From Patescibacteria group bacterium (lineage in GTDB: Bacteria > Patescibacteriota > Minisyncoccia > UBA6257 > Colwellbacteraceae): a stretch of DNA of 47,450 nucleotides. The notes under the pieces were generated by a model, which was given only the letters and a program-made list of their open reading frames with translations, was not told the DNA's origin and searched no databases. The DNA lies in assembly GCA_023380475.1 (NCBI GenBank), contig JAMCRD010000006.1:68546-115995 (forward strand), given 5' to 3'. Position 1 is the first letter of the stretch. Every line of letters starts with the position of its first letter. The position numbers and the translations under genes were made by a program. This document shows, in pieces, positions 35,271 to 43,421 of this stretch.

Positions 35271-36227
35271 ATGCCGGCCGTTTCTGTCATAGGGCTATTC
35301 ATAATCACTGTCTTGCTTATAAAGCCGGTCTTCCCGGCTCCTTTTCCGGCATCCCAAAATCTGCCAGGCAGTTCGTATCTGGCATTGGAGGGCGGCGCCA
35401 TAGCTAGTGCTGCCGGTCCGGCCAGTGCCCAACCAGCAGTAAATGGACCGAGCGAGTACGTCCAAGACGATGGATCCGTTTTAGCTTCGGCTACCCCCGT
35501 CAACGGTTTGTCGCTTACCCCCGACGGATTGGTCTTATATAAGGTGAATAAAGGAGATACGGTGAAAGGCTTGGCCACAAAGTTCAACATTTCCACTAAT
35601 ACTATATTGTGGGCCAATCGCCTAAACCGAGGAGCGCCGTTGATCGTCGGCCAGGAGTTGATCATTCTGCCGGTGTCGGGTGTTTTATATGAGGTACAGC
35701 AAAACGATACTGTGAGCTCGATAGCTGCCGCTTACAAGGCGTCTCCCGCCGATATAATCCCGCTTACAGGTAGTGCTGGTTCCATCCAGACCGGCGAAAT
35801 GGTTGTTATTAAAAACGGTGTACCTCCCAAGACTTCCTCTAAGACAAGCCAGCTGCCCAATTTAGATAGCTACTTTATAAGTCCGGTGAGCGGTGGCTTG
35901 AACACCGGTCTGCCGGATAGCAACAACGGTGTGGACGTGACCTCTTTTTGCGGCGCGCCAGTGTATGCCGCGGCTGAGGGCTTGGTAACAGATGTTGGTG
36001 ATCCGAGCCAGTCGAATAACGGTCTCGGTGGCTTCGTTAAGATCAGCCATCTAATAGACGGCGTTCAGACGATCTATGCCCATACAGCGAGTAACGAGGT
36101 TGCGGTGGGTGATTTCGTTTACCAGGGGCAGGAGATCGCCAAGACGGGCAATAGCGGTGAGGCTAGCGTAGGCGGCTGCGATCTCTATTTTGAAGTCGTC
36201 GGTGCGCGCAATTCATTGGCTAAGTAG
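35271..36227 (+). CDS. LysM-domain M23 family metallopeptidase
   Basis: One TM segment and two LysM repeats (YKVNKGDTVKGLATKFNIS... and YEVQQNDTVSSIAAAYKAS...). The M23 core spans GVDV...YAHTAS...GNSGEAS. ATG 35271 avoids overlap with the helicase gene. Confidence 0.85.
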   Translation: MPAVSVIGLFIITVLLIKPVFPAPFPASQNLPGSSYLALEGGAIASAAGPASAQPAVNGPSEYVQDDGSVLASATPVNGLSLTPDGLVLYKVNKGDTVKGLATKFNISTNTILWANRLNRGAPLIVGQELIILPVSGVLYEVQQNDTVSSIAAAYKASPADIIPLTGSAGSIQTGEMVVIKNGVPPKTSSKTSQLPNLDSYFISPVSGGLNTGLPDSNNGVDVTSFCGAPVYAAAEGLVTDVGDPSQSNNGLGGFVKISHLIDGVQTIYAHTASNEVAVGDFVYQGQEIAKTGNSGEASVGGCDLYFEVVGARNSLAK

Positions 36228-36233
36228 CTAAAT

Positions 36234-36578
36234 TTACCGGCTATCCTTGCGAGCGAGCTTACAATCGCGGCACAGACGCGATTCTGGATCAACTCTCAAC
36301 ATTTCCGGCGAAATTTCTTTGTGACAGTTTTCACAGCGGCCGTAAGTGTCCTCCCGTATCTTCTCTAGGGCAGTATCAATATCGACTAAGCGGCTGTTGT
36401 AATCGGTGGCTACGCCCTGGTTATCTTCAACCTGTTCCTCTTTTTCGGCGTTCTCTTCGCCGTGGTCGACATCGTCGCCGAAGTTTTCACGGTTGAGCCT
36501 TTTTAGTTCTCCTTCGAGACGTGACTTTTCCTTGAGCAGCTTCTCTTTGCTCTCAGCTATGAATTCTTTAGTCAGCAT
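36234..36578 (-). CDS. DksA/TraR-family C4 zinc-finger protein
   Basis: Coiled-coil N-terminus plus CENCHKEI...LCRDC. The start is reassigned to ATG 36578 on the basis of the promoter at 36586-36614. Confidence 0.8.
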   Translation of the reverse strand: MLTKEFIAESKEKLLKEKSRLEGELKRLNRENFGDDVDHGEENAEKEEQVEDNQGVATDYNSRLVDIDTALEKIREDTYGRCENCHKEISPEMLRVDPESRLCRDCKLARKDSR

Positions 36579-36585
36579 TGCTAAA

Positions 36586-36614
36586 AATATAGGGCAAAAC
36601 GAGTGGTGCGTCAA
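36586..36614 (-). promoter_or_regulatory. Promoter TTGACG-N17-TATATT, 7 nt upstream of the dksA-like ATG
   Basis: Minus strand reads TTGACG-CACCACTCGTTTTGCCC-TATATT-TTTAGCA-ATG. Confidence 0.75.
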
Positions 36615-36639
36615 AGCGCGATTCGGGCTAATATATAAC
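36610..36639 (+). promoter_or_regulatory. Promoter GTCAAA-N16-TATATA(AC), 6-8 nt upstream of the ruvA ATG
   Basis: GTCAAA at 36610-36615, TATATA at 36632-36637, ATG at 36646. Confidence 0.5.
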
Positions 36640-36645
36640 TAAGCA

Positions 36646-37230
36646 ATGATCGACAGCGTTTCCGGAATATTGAAAGTTAAAGATCTCAGCTTCGCAGTCG
36701 TGGAGGTGGGCGGCGTAGGCTTAAAAGTTTTCATTTCCTTGCGGACTAGGGACAAACTGCCCGCGGTGGGGCAGGCGGTGAGTCTGGCCACCCACCTTCA
36801 TGTACGTGAGGACGCGCTGGAGTTGTTTGGATTTGCAGATGCCGCAGAACAGGACTGTTTCCAGGCGTTGATTTCCGTGTCGGGCATCGGGCCGCGGCTG
36901 GCGATGGCCCTGCTTTCAGCTGTGCAAGTGGACGATATCGTCTCGGCCATAGCTGAGGGGAAGGTGGACTTGTTGGATCGGGCGCCGGGTATAGGCCACA
37001 AGACAGCCGAGAGGATAGTTTTGGAATTAAAGGATCGGATGAAGCTTTTAAGCAAAGGTGGCAGCGCTAAAGCCATCGCTGCCATGGAAGCTGATGACGA
37101 TGTTTACTATGCGCTGCGGAGCCTCGGTTATTCGCAGAGCCAAGCCAGGCAGATTATGGCCAAAATCGACCCGGAGCTGAAGGATGTCGGTGACAGATTG
37201 CGCGATGCTCTAAAGAAAATGAAGGGCTAA
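36646..37230 (+). CDS. ruvA: Holliday junction DNA helicase subunit RuvA
   Basis: MIDSVSGIL...VEVGGVGLKV OB domain, HhH motifs (ISVSGIGPRLA and APGIGHKTAERI), and the C-terminal domain III. Confidence 0.9.
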   Translation: MIDSVSGILKVKDLSFAVVEVGGVGLKVFISLRTRDKLPAVGQAVSLATHLHVREDALELFGFADAAEQDCFQALISVSGIGPRLAMALLSAVQVDDIVSAIAEGKVDLLDRAPGIGHKTAERIVLELKDRMKLLSKGGSAKAIAAMEADDDVYYALRSLGYSQSQARQIMAKIDPELKDVGDRLRDALKKMKG

Positions 37231-37233
37231 CCA

Positions 37234-38448
37234 ATGGGTTGGATCAAGAAGGCGAAGAGGGTTTACCACTTCGTTTTGGCTTACGCCGGCGCTGTTTTAT
37301 ATCGCCATCCATCGCGGGAGATTTTTGTGATAGGCGTGACAGGGACGAAGGGGAAGTCGACAGTGGTCGAGCTGGTCGCGGCCGGGTTGGAGGCGGCCGG
37401 CGAGAAAGTGGCTTTGTCGTCCTCGGTACGCATGAAAATCGGCGCGTTTTCCGAAGTGAATCAGTCAGGCAATACCATGCCAGGTAGATTTTTCTTGCAG
37501 AGTTTCCTGCGCCGGGCAGTTAAGGCCCAGTGTCGCTACGCGATAATTGAAGTCACCTCCGAAGGGATAAGGCAGTACCGTGATCGTTTCATTGATTTTG
37601 ATATTGCCGCCTTCACCAATTTGCATCCGGAGCACATCGAGTCGCACGGCAGCTTCGAGAATTACCGTGAAGCCAAACTCGATTTCTTTAGGAATGTGCG
37701 TAGTTTTTCTCAGAAACACCCCAAATGGTTCTTCGTCAACGGCGAAGACGCCAATGCCAAGTTTTTTATCGAAGCTTCCGGCGGTCAGGCTGCAAGTTAT
37801 TCCAAAGCCGACGTGGCCGACTATGAACTGTCGCCCGCCCTATTGGGCGACTTCAATCGTGAGAACGTGGCTGCTGCCGAGCGTATCTTGAAAGCAGCTG
37901 ACGTCCCGGAGTTGGTGCGCCGCAGGGCCTTCAAGACATTCGCCGGCGTTCCGGGAAGGATGGAGTTTATACAGCACGAACCGTTTGCAGTGGTTGTCGA
38001 TTACGCCCACACTCCGGAATCGCTAGGCACGGTTTATGAAACCTTGAGCAGGGACCTAAAGCCGCGCAACATGATTTGTATCTTAGGGTCGGCTGGGGGC
38101 GGGCGAGACAAATGGAAGCGCCCCAAGTTCGGTGGAATAGCATCCGAATACTGCTCGCGGATAATCCTTACCAACGAGGATCCGTTTGATGAGGACCCGC
38201 GGGCGATAATAGACGAAATTGGAGAAGGGATAAGTTCGGCCAAGCAAAATAAGAGCGTAAAAATTCTGGACCGGCGTGAAGCAATCCGGACAGCCGTAGC
38301 TGGAGCGCGGAAAGGCGATGTGGTTGTTATGACTGGTAAGGGCAGCGAACCATATATTAGAATTGCCAGAGGGAAGAGGATCCCATGGTCAGATCGCAAA
38401 GTCACCGAGGAAATCCTGGCCGAGTTAGAAAATAAAAATGAAGATTAA
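37234..38448 (+). CDS. murE: Mur ligase family protein (MurE-like, short N-terminus)
   Basis: P-loop VTGTKGKST, EVTSEG, NLHPEH and DYAHTPESL. The specific substrate is not deducible by eye. Confidence 0.7.
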   Translation: MGWIKKAKRVYHFVLAYAGAVLYRHPSREIFVIGVTGTKGKSTVVELVAAGLEAAGEKVALSSSVRMKIGAFSEVNQSGNTMPGRFFLQSFLRRAVKAQCRYAIIEVTSEGIRQYRDRFIDFDIAAFTNLHPEHIESHGSFENYREAKLDFFRNVRSFSQKHPKWFFVNGEDANAKFFIEASGGQAASYSKADVADYELSPALLGDFNRENVAAAERILKAADVPELVRRRAFKTFAGVPGRMEFIQHEPFAVVVDYAHTPESLGTVYETLSRDLKPRNMICILGSAGGGRDKWKRPKFGGIASEYCSRIILTNEDPFDEDPRAIIDEIGEGISSAKQNKSVKILDRREAIRTAVAGARKGDVVVMTGKGSEPYIRIARGKRIPWSDRKVTEEILAELENKNED

Positions 38449-39790
38449 ATTTTTAGGCGCAGCCGGAACGGTGACGGGTTCAAGCTACCTGATCGCATCG
38501 GGCGACGACAAAGTCCTGGTTGACTGCGGATTGTTCCAAGGCGAGAGCTATTGCGAGAGGGACAACTTTGCACCGCTGCCTTACGATCCCAAAACCATCC
38601 GCGCCGTTTTTATAACCCATGCCCACATAGACCACACAGGGTTGCTGCCGAAACTGGTCAAGGCCGGCTATGCCGGACCGATCTATTCGACGGCTCCAAC
38701 GCGCGACTTTGCTAAGGAGTTGCTCTTAGACTCCGAAGATATATTGAGCCGGGAAGCGGAACAGCAAGGTCAGACGCCGTTGTATACAGCCGAGGACGTC
38801 GAAGCAGCGATGAGGTTATGGCATACGATTGGTTACAAGGAGACCGTGAAAGCAGGTGGTTTCGAAGTGCACTTTATAGACGCCGGGCACATCATGGGTT
38901 CGGCCAGTGCGGTGATATTCGCCGAGGGTAAGAGACTGGTTATGTCCGGCGACCTGGGCAATGAGAACCCGCCGTTGATACCGGAAGGGGAACTGATCCC
39001 GGCCGATGCGGACTACGCTGTGATTGAGTCTTGCTACGGTGACAGGCAGCATGAAGATTTCGGCAAGCGTCGCGAGATTCTGGAGGACGTCATTGAGAAC
39101 GCGGTTAAAATGGGCGGAGCCTTAATGATACCGGCCTTCGCCATGGAGCGGCTTCAGGAGCTGCTGTACGAGATAAACTTCTTGGTCGAGAACAGGAAGG
39201 TCCCGCGCATGCCTATCTTTATCGACAGTCCCCTTGCTATACGTCTTACCAGAGTTTACGAGCACTATGAGAGTTTTATGAACTCCGAGGCTAGAAAGTT
39301 TATGTGGCAGGGTCGGAGGGAATTGCTCAATTTCCCTGGCATCAGGCTCACCTTGACCAGGGAAGAATCACGATCTATTGAACAAGCGCCCATGCCCAAG
39401 ATGATCATAGCTGGTTCGGGCATGTCCAACGGCGGGAGAATAACCTACCACGAATCGCTTTATCTACCGGACCCTAAGAGCACGCTGCTCATCGTCGGCT
39501 ACCAAGTCAGCGGCACCCTCGGCCGGCAGATACAAGAGGGAGCCAAGGAGGTGCGGATAATGGGCAAAAGCGTGAAAGTGGCGGCGCGCATCGTTTCCAT
39601 CAGCGGCTATTCAGCTCACGCCGATCAGCCCCGTTTGCTGCAATGGTTGTCTCCGGCGCGCGGCAACCTCAAGAAAGTATTTGTGACTCACGGCGAAGAG
39701 AAGGTTTCTCAAGATTTTGCTGCAAAAGCGCTGAACGACCTGGCGGTTGCAACAGAGGTGCCCCATTTGGGCGAGGAAGTTGTGTTATAA
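38438..39790 (+). CDS. MBL-fold beta-CASP ribonuclease (CPSF/RNase J-like)
   Basis: HAHIDHTG motif, beta-CASP layout, and a C-terminal SAHAD motif. Confidence 0.85.
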   Translation: MKIKFLGAAGTVTGSSYLIASGDDKVLVDCGLFQGESYCERDNFAPLPYDPKTIRAVFITHAHIDHTGLLPKLVKAGYAGPIYSTAPTRDFAKELLLDSEDILSREAEQQGQTPLYTAEDVEAAMRLWHTIGYKETVKAGGFEVHFIDAGHIMGSASAVIFAEGKRLVMSGDLGNENPPLIPEGELIPADADYAVIESCYGDRQHEDFGKRREILEDVIENAVKMGGALMIPAFAMERLQELLYEINFLVENRKVPRMPIFIDSPLAIRLTRVYEHYESFMNSEARKFMWQGRRELLNFPGIRLTLTREESRSIEQAPMPKMIIAGSGMSNGGRITYHESLYLPDPKSTLLIVGYQVSGTLGRQIQEGAKEVRIMGKSVKVAARIVSISGYSAHADQPRLLQWLSPARGNLKKVFVTHGEEKVSQDFAAKALNDLAVATEVPHLGEEVVL

Positions 39791-39800
39791 TCGATACGCT

Positions 39801-40400
39801 ATGGACGGAAAGAGCGGCTACTCGACGAAGTATAAAATTTGCGTCTCGGGCGCAGCCGAGACCAGTCACTGCGGGCAGGATGCCTTTGCTCAAGCCGAAG
39901 AGCTGGGGAGAGAGATTGTCCGACAAGGCGCGATGCTGGTGAATGGGGCCACAACAGGTTTCCCTTACTGGGCATCCAAAGGCGCCAAGGGTGAAGGCGG
40001 CATAGTATTGGGCATATCGCCTGCTTACTCCGAGTGGGAGCATATTAATGTATATAAGCTGCCGGTGGATTATCAGGATTTGATTACTTATACCGGCGAG
40101 GGATACTCTGGTCGCAATCTGCTGCTGACCCGCTCAGCTGATGCCGTCATCCTGGGCTGCGGCCGAATCGGGACCATCAACGAGTTCACAATAGCCTTTG
40201 AAGATCGCAAGCCGATCGGTGTGTTGGAGGGCGACTGGGAAACATCCGAGGTCATAAAAACGATCGTCGCCAAATCGCACCGCGCCGCCGAGATGAGCGG
40301 CAAGTTGGTTTACTCTAAGAACCCCAAGGAATTGGTAAGTAAAATCATAGCCCTTATCGCTATCGAGAGGGTAAAGGCCGAAGTAGAGAAACCTCTTTAG
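39801..40400 (+). CDS. TIGR00725/LOG-like (SLOG Rossmann) family protein
   Basis: ICVSGAA...NGATTG...LTRSADAVILGCGRIGTINEF is the pattern of the LOG/DprA-like Rossmann family. ATG 39801 follows the upstream stop. Confidence 0.6.
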   Translation: MDGKSGYSTKYKICVSGAAETSHCGQDAFAQAEELGREIVRQGAMLVNGATTGFPYWASKGAKGEGGIVLGISPAYSEWEHINVYKLPVDYQDLITYTGEGYSGRNLLLTRSADAVILGCGRIGTINEFTIAFEDRKPIGVLEGDWETSEVIKTIVAKSHRAAEMSGKLVYSKNPKELVSKIIALIAIERVKAEVEKPL

Positions 40401-40405
40401 AGACA

Positions 40406-40756
40406 ATGAAGAAAACCAAGGTGCGGCGCAGTAAAACCAAGCGTGGCTCTAAAACTCGCAAGACATTGCGAACTAAAAAGACTACCAAAACCGCCAAAGC
40501 TACCAAAGTGGGCAAGCCCATCGGTAAGGTAACACACTTTTACGGCGGGATCGGCGTCGCCATCGTAAAGTTCTCCAAGGGAATTGGTCTGAATAAGGCG
40601 GTAAGGTTCAGGGGGGCAACAACCAATTTCGTTCAGAAGATTGCGGAGATGCAATACAATCACCAACCGATCACTAAAGCCCCAAAAGGGAAACAAGTCG
40701 GGATAAAAGTCAGGGATCGTGTTCGGGAGGGTGATGAAGTGTTTGAAGAAGTATAA
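40406..40756 (+). CDS. Hypothetical protein: Lys/Thr/Arg-rich tail + small beta-barrel (EF-Tu domain-2-like)
   Basis: About 35 basic N-terminal residues, followed by GKVTHFYGGIGVAIVKF...GDEV, which is reminiscent of translation-factor beta-barrel domains. Confidence 0.45.
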   Translation: MKKTKVRRSKTKRGSKTRKTLRTKKTTKTAKATKVGKPIGKVTHFYGGIGVAIVKFSKGIGLNKAVRFRGATTNFVQKIAEMQYNHQPITKAPKGKQVGIKVRDRVREGDEVFEEV

Positions 40757-41849
40757 AAAGTTGTTTCCGACAGCGGCCATACTTTCGGCCACGATATTCG
40801 GGGCAGGGATGTTTTCTCTGCCCTACGTTTTTTCGAAGGCTGGCCTGGTTGTCGGATTTTTTTATTTGGCTGCATTCACCGCTCTCCTTGCTACGACCCA
40901 CTATCTCTACAGCGAAGTAGTAAGAATCACCCCGGAGAACCACCGCTTTCTGGGCTACGCCCAAATATATTTGGGGCGGAGAGGTTGGCTGACGGCTATT
41001 TTCACCACAGCAATCGGCATACTGCTAACCCTAACCATCTTCATTATTCTTTCGTCTAGTTTTATCGGTCTTATTTTTCCTTCCTTCCCGCCACTGTATG
41101 CTAGTTTGCTGTTTTGGGTCGTGGCTAGTGTCCCGCTCCTGCTGCGAGTCGGCAGGATTGCGCTCATGGAGTCGGCCGTGGTCACCACCATCGTCGCCAT
41201 TGCGATAATTATTTTCATAATCGGCGTTTCCAATCCGGTTCAGCCAATTGGATCGACTGTCCTGTTTAATTGGGGATTTCTACTCCTGCCTTATGGAGCC
41301 GTGATATTCTCGTTAGCTGGCCGGGCGGCTATATCTTCGCTAGTACAATATGCTGTTGAGAAAGACGTAGACAAGAAAACGGTGAGCAAGGCGGTCGTGG
41401 TTGGGACGATGATCCCGGCTGTGGTCTACGGCTTGTTCGTCATCGGTGCGATATCCTTGTCCAAAATTGTCAGCCAAGATGCGGTTTCTGGTCTAATTCA
41501 ACTGCCACAGTTCTTGCTGGTGCTGATAGGCCTTCTGGGCACGTTCTCCATCTGGGCTTCTTATATCTCGATCTCAAGAGAGATAGAAGGAATATTTGCC
41601 TACGACTTCAAAGCTTCACGGGATATGTCTCTGGCCGCGGTGGCCTTCATACCGCCGATACTATTTATATTGGGACTTAGGGACTTTATCGTCTTGGTGG
41701 GAATCATCGGCGGCATATTTCTGGCGTTGGAACATACAATGGTGACGTTGATGTGGCAGAAAATGACCAGTCGCAGACCATTATGGAGTTACTTGGTTAT
41801 AGCGTTACTGGTGTGCGGGGCACTTTATGAAGTTGTTAAATTAATCTAA
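40734..41849 (+). CDS. Amino-acid transporter-like polytopic membrane protein (Aa_trans/Mtr-TnaB-like)
   Basis: About 11 TM segments. The N-terminal IFGAGMFSLPYVF motif resembles amino-acid permeases. Confidence 0.6.
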   Translation: MKCLKKYKKLFPTAAILSATIFGAGMFSLPYVFSKAGLVVGFFYLAAFTALLATTHYLYSEVVRITPENHRFLGYAQIYLGRRGWLTAIFTTAIGILLTLTIFIILSSSFIGLIFPSFPPLYASLLFWVVASVPLLLRVGRIALMESAVVTTIVAIAIIIFIIGVSNPVQPIGSTVLFNWGFLLLPYGAVIFSLAGRAAISSLVQYAVEKDVDKKTVSKAVVVGTMIPAVVYGLFVIGAISLSKIVSQDAVSGLIQLPQFLLVLIGLLGTFSIWASYISISREIEGIFAYDFKASRDMSLAAVAFIPPILFILGLRDFIVLVGIIGGIFLALEHTMVTLMWQKMTSRRPLWSYLVIALLVCGALYEVVKLI

Positions 41850-41873
41850 TATCTGCTGTGACCTGGGTATTTT

Positions 41874-41945
41874 GCTCTCATAGCTCAACGGATAGAGCGT
41901 ATCCCTCCGAAGGATAAAATCGAGGTTCAATTCCTCGTGGGAGCA
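41874..41945 (+). tRNA. tRNA-Arg (anticodon CCG); no encoded CCA
   Basis: Acceptor GCTCTCA/TGGGAGC, D arm GCTC-AACGGATA-GAGC, anticodon stem TATCC/GGATA with loop CT-CCG-AA, T arm CGAGG-TTCAATT-CCTCG. Confidence 0.9.
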
Positions 41946-42020
41946 CTTGGGAAGCTATCTATAACAAAGCGACCCCCTAAGCTGTCTATAAGGTCGGAGG
42001 CTTTGCTATAATTATTTATA

Positions 42021-42482
42021 ATGTTGTCTCTTAACGACATGCTTCTTCGATTAGGCGCTGCGGTCGTTGTCGGTGCGGCTGTTGGGCTTGAGCGCGAGCT
42101 CATGGGGAAAGAAGCGGGCATTAGAACCGACCTCATGGTCGCGGCGGGTGCCGCCATCTTTACGATGGTCGGCATAACTCTTCCCTATATCATTCAGGTA
42201 GGCAATCTAGCTGACGTTGTGGCGCGAAACAGCGGCTTTCTGACTGTTATTGGCAACATCGTCGTTGGTATAGGTTTTCTCGGCGCCGGCGTCATCCTCC
42301 ACGAAGGGAATAAGGTACGGAGCCTTACGACCGCAGCAACGGTTTGGGTTGTTGCAGCCCTCGGAGTTCTCTGTGGTATTGGTCTTTTTGCATTCGCGTT
42401 TCTGAGTGCCATCGGCTTGGATGTGATTCTATTTTTGACTCGCAAGATTGGTTTGAAGGGGCAGCAGGGGAATGGGGAGTAA
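42021..42482 (+). CDS. MgtC/SapB family membrane protein
   Basis: LRLGAAVVVGAAVGLERE...GIRT is the MgtC N-terminal signature. Confidence 0.8.
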   Translation: MLSLNDMLLRLGAAVVVGAAVGLERELMGKEAGIRTDLMVAAGAAIFTMVGITLPYIIQVGNLADVVARNSGFLTVIGNIVVGIGFLGAGVILHEGNKVRSLTTAATVWVVAALGVLCGIGLFAFAFLSAIGLDVILFLTRKIGLKGQQGNGE

Positions 42483-42483
42483 T

Positions 42484-42981
42484 CTATCGTGAGCCGGCGC
42501 GAGGGTAATCTTGGTATATATAGCGGGCACGGCGCCTGAGTTGCGCCCGATGGTCTATATAAAGATTTACTAGGAAAACCTTGATGACATTGCGGATATA
42601 CTCCATTGTCCTACCGCGGTCCGTAGGATTGCTTCTAGCTACTTTTACGGCGAAGCGGTAAAGCTCGTCGTTCTCCATCCGGAGCCATTTACCATTCTTG
42701 TAAAGAAAAGTGAGTAGGGTCATAACCGCAATTCTTTTATTGCCATTCTCGAAGGGACGATTTTTGACCATTTGATAGAAAAGGAATGCGCCTTTTTCAA
42801 TAAGGCCGTGATAGAGCACCTTATGCTTGAAGGTTTGAAAAGGCGCCTTAAGGCAACTTTCAAGCACATTGGGGAAGCGATGACCAAACGGCGGGATTGG
42901 TTCGTCCCATGTCATAAATTTCTTCGCCAAGCTATAGGCAGTGAATTCAACTTCGGCGATTGAGATACCGTGTGTTCTCAT
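42484..42981 (-). CDS. doc: Fic/Doc-family protein (Doc-type toxin) with Arg in place of the motif His
   Basis: The motif reads RPFENGNKR where Doc/Fic proteins have H-x-F-x-[DN]-[AG]-N-K-R. There is a 4-nt overlap with the upstream HTH gene. Confidence 0.7.
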   Translation of the reverse strand: MRTHGISIAEVEFTAYSLAKKFMTWDEPIPPFGHRFPNVLESCLKAPFQTFKHKVLYHGLIEKGAFLFYQMVKNRPFENGNKRIAVMTLLTFLYKNGKWLRMENDELYRFAVKVARSNPTDRGRTMEYIRNVIKVFLVNLYIDHRAQLRRRARYIYQDYPRAGSR

Positions 42982-43241
42982 TCGTTGCCCAATTTTTGAA
43001 ACGCTTCCTTGTATTCATTGGTGGCTTTGTCGACTACCTTTTCAATTACTCTCTTGTTGTCCTCTGATATGATGGCGCCAGACGCCTCTAAGACATCCTG
43101 TTTGCGAATCACGAAGTTACGCCCAATTTTTACAGCCTTGATTTGCCCTTTTTTTATTTTATTGAATACGGTAATGCGGCTGACGCCCAGTACCCTAGCT
43201 GCCTCTATTGTCGATAAAAACTCTTTATCTTCCATGATCAC
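42978..43241 (-). CDS. Excisionase/MerR-type HTH DNA-binding protein, putative antitoxin (ATG at 43235 likely)
   Basis: LSTIEAARVLGVSRITVFNKIKKGQIKAVKIG is an excisionase-family HTH. It is translationally coupled to the doc-like gene. Confidence 0.7.
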   Translation of the reverse strand: MIMEDKEFLSTIEAARVLGVSRITVFNKIKKGQIKAVKIGRNFVIRKQDVLEASGAIISEDNKRVIEKVVDKATNEYKEAFQKLGNE

Positions 43242-43248
43242 TCGTATC

Positions 43249-43262
43249 TTAACATATGTTAA
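43249..43262. promoter_or_regulatory. Perfect 14-bp palindrome TTAACATATGTTAA in the TA promoter region (candidate operator)
   Basis: It overlaps a minus-strand promoter-like TTGAAT-N18-TAAGAT. A further half-site TTAACAT is at 43279-43285. Confidence 0.55.
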
Positions 43263-43421
43263 TATACAAATTCAATCGTTAACATGAGGCTGCGACATAT
43301 GTGTTCGGGCTTGTAAATTGCGACCCGGCTAGCCTTTAGGTTTTTTTATTGCACCTGGGTTTATTGCACCCATTGTCCTTGAGGCGTTAAAATATCGCAG
43401 GTTGAATTTTGCAATCAAGCC

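Noticed and set aside
35207-35665. 152-aa minus-strand ORF overlapping the LysM/M23 gene
   Set aside because: It is a shadow ORF. The plus-strand frame carries clear LysM and M23 motifs.
41946-43300. Integrated island at tRNA-Arg (mgtC + TA module)
   Set aside because: I found no direct repeat of the tRNA 3' end downstream and no integrase gene, so this is only a weak context argument.
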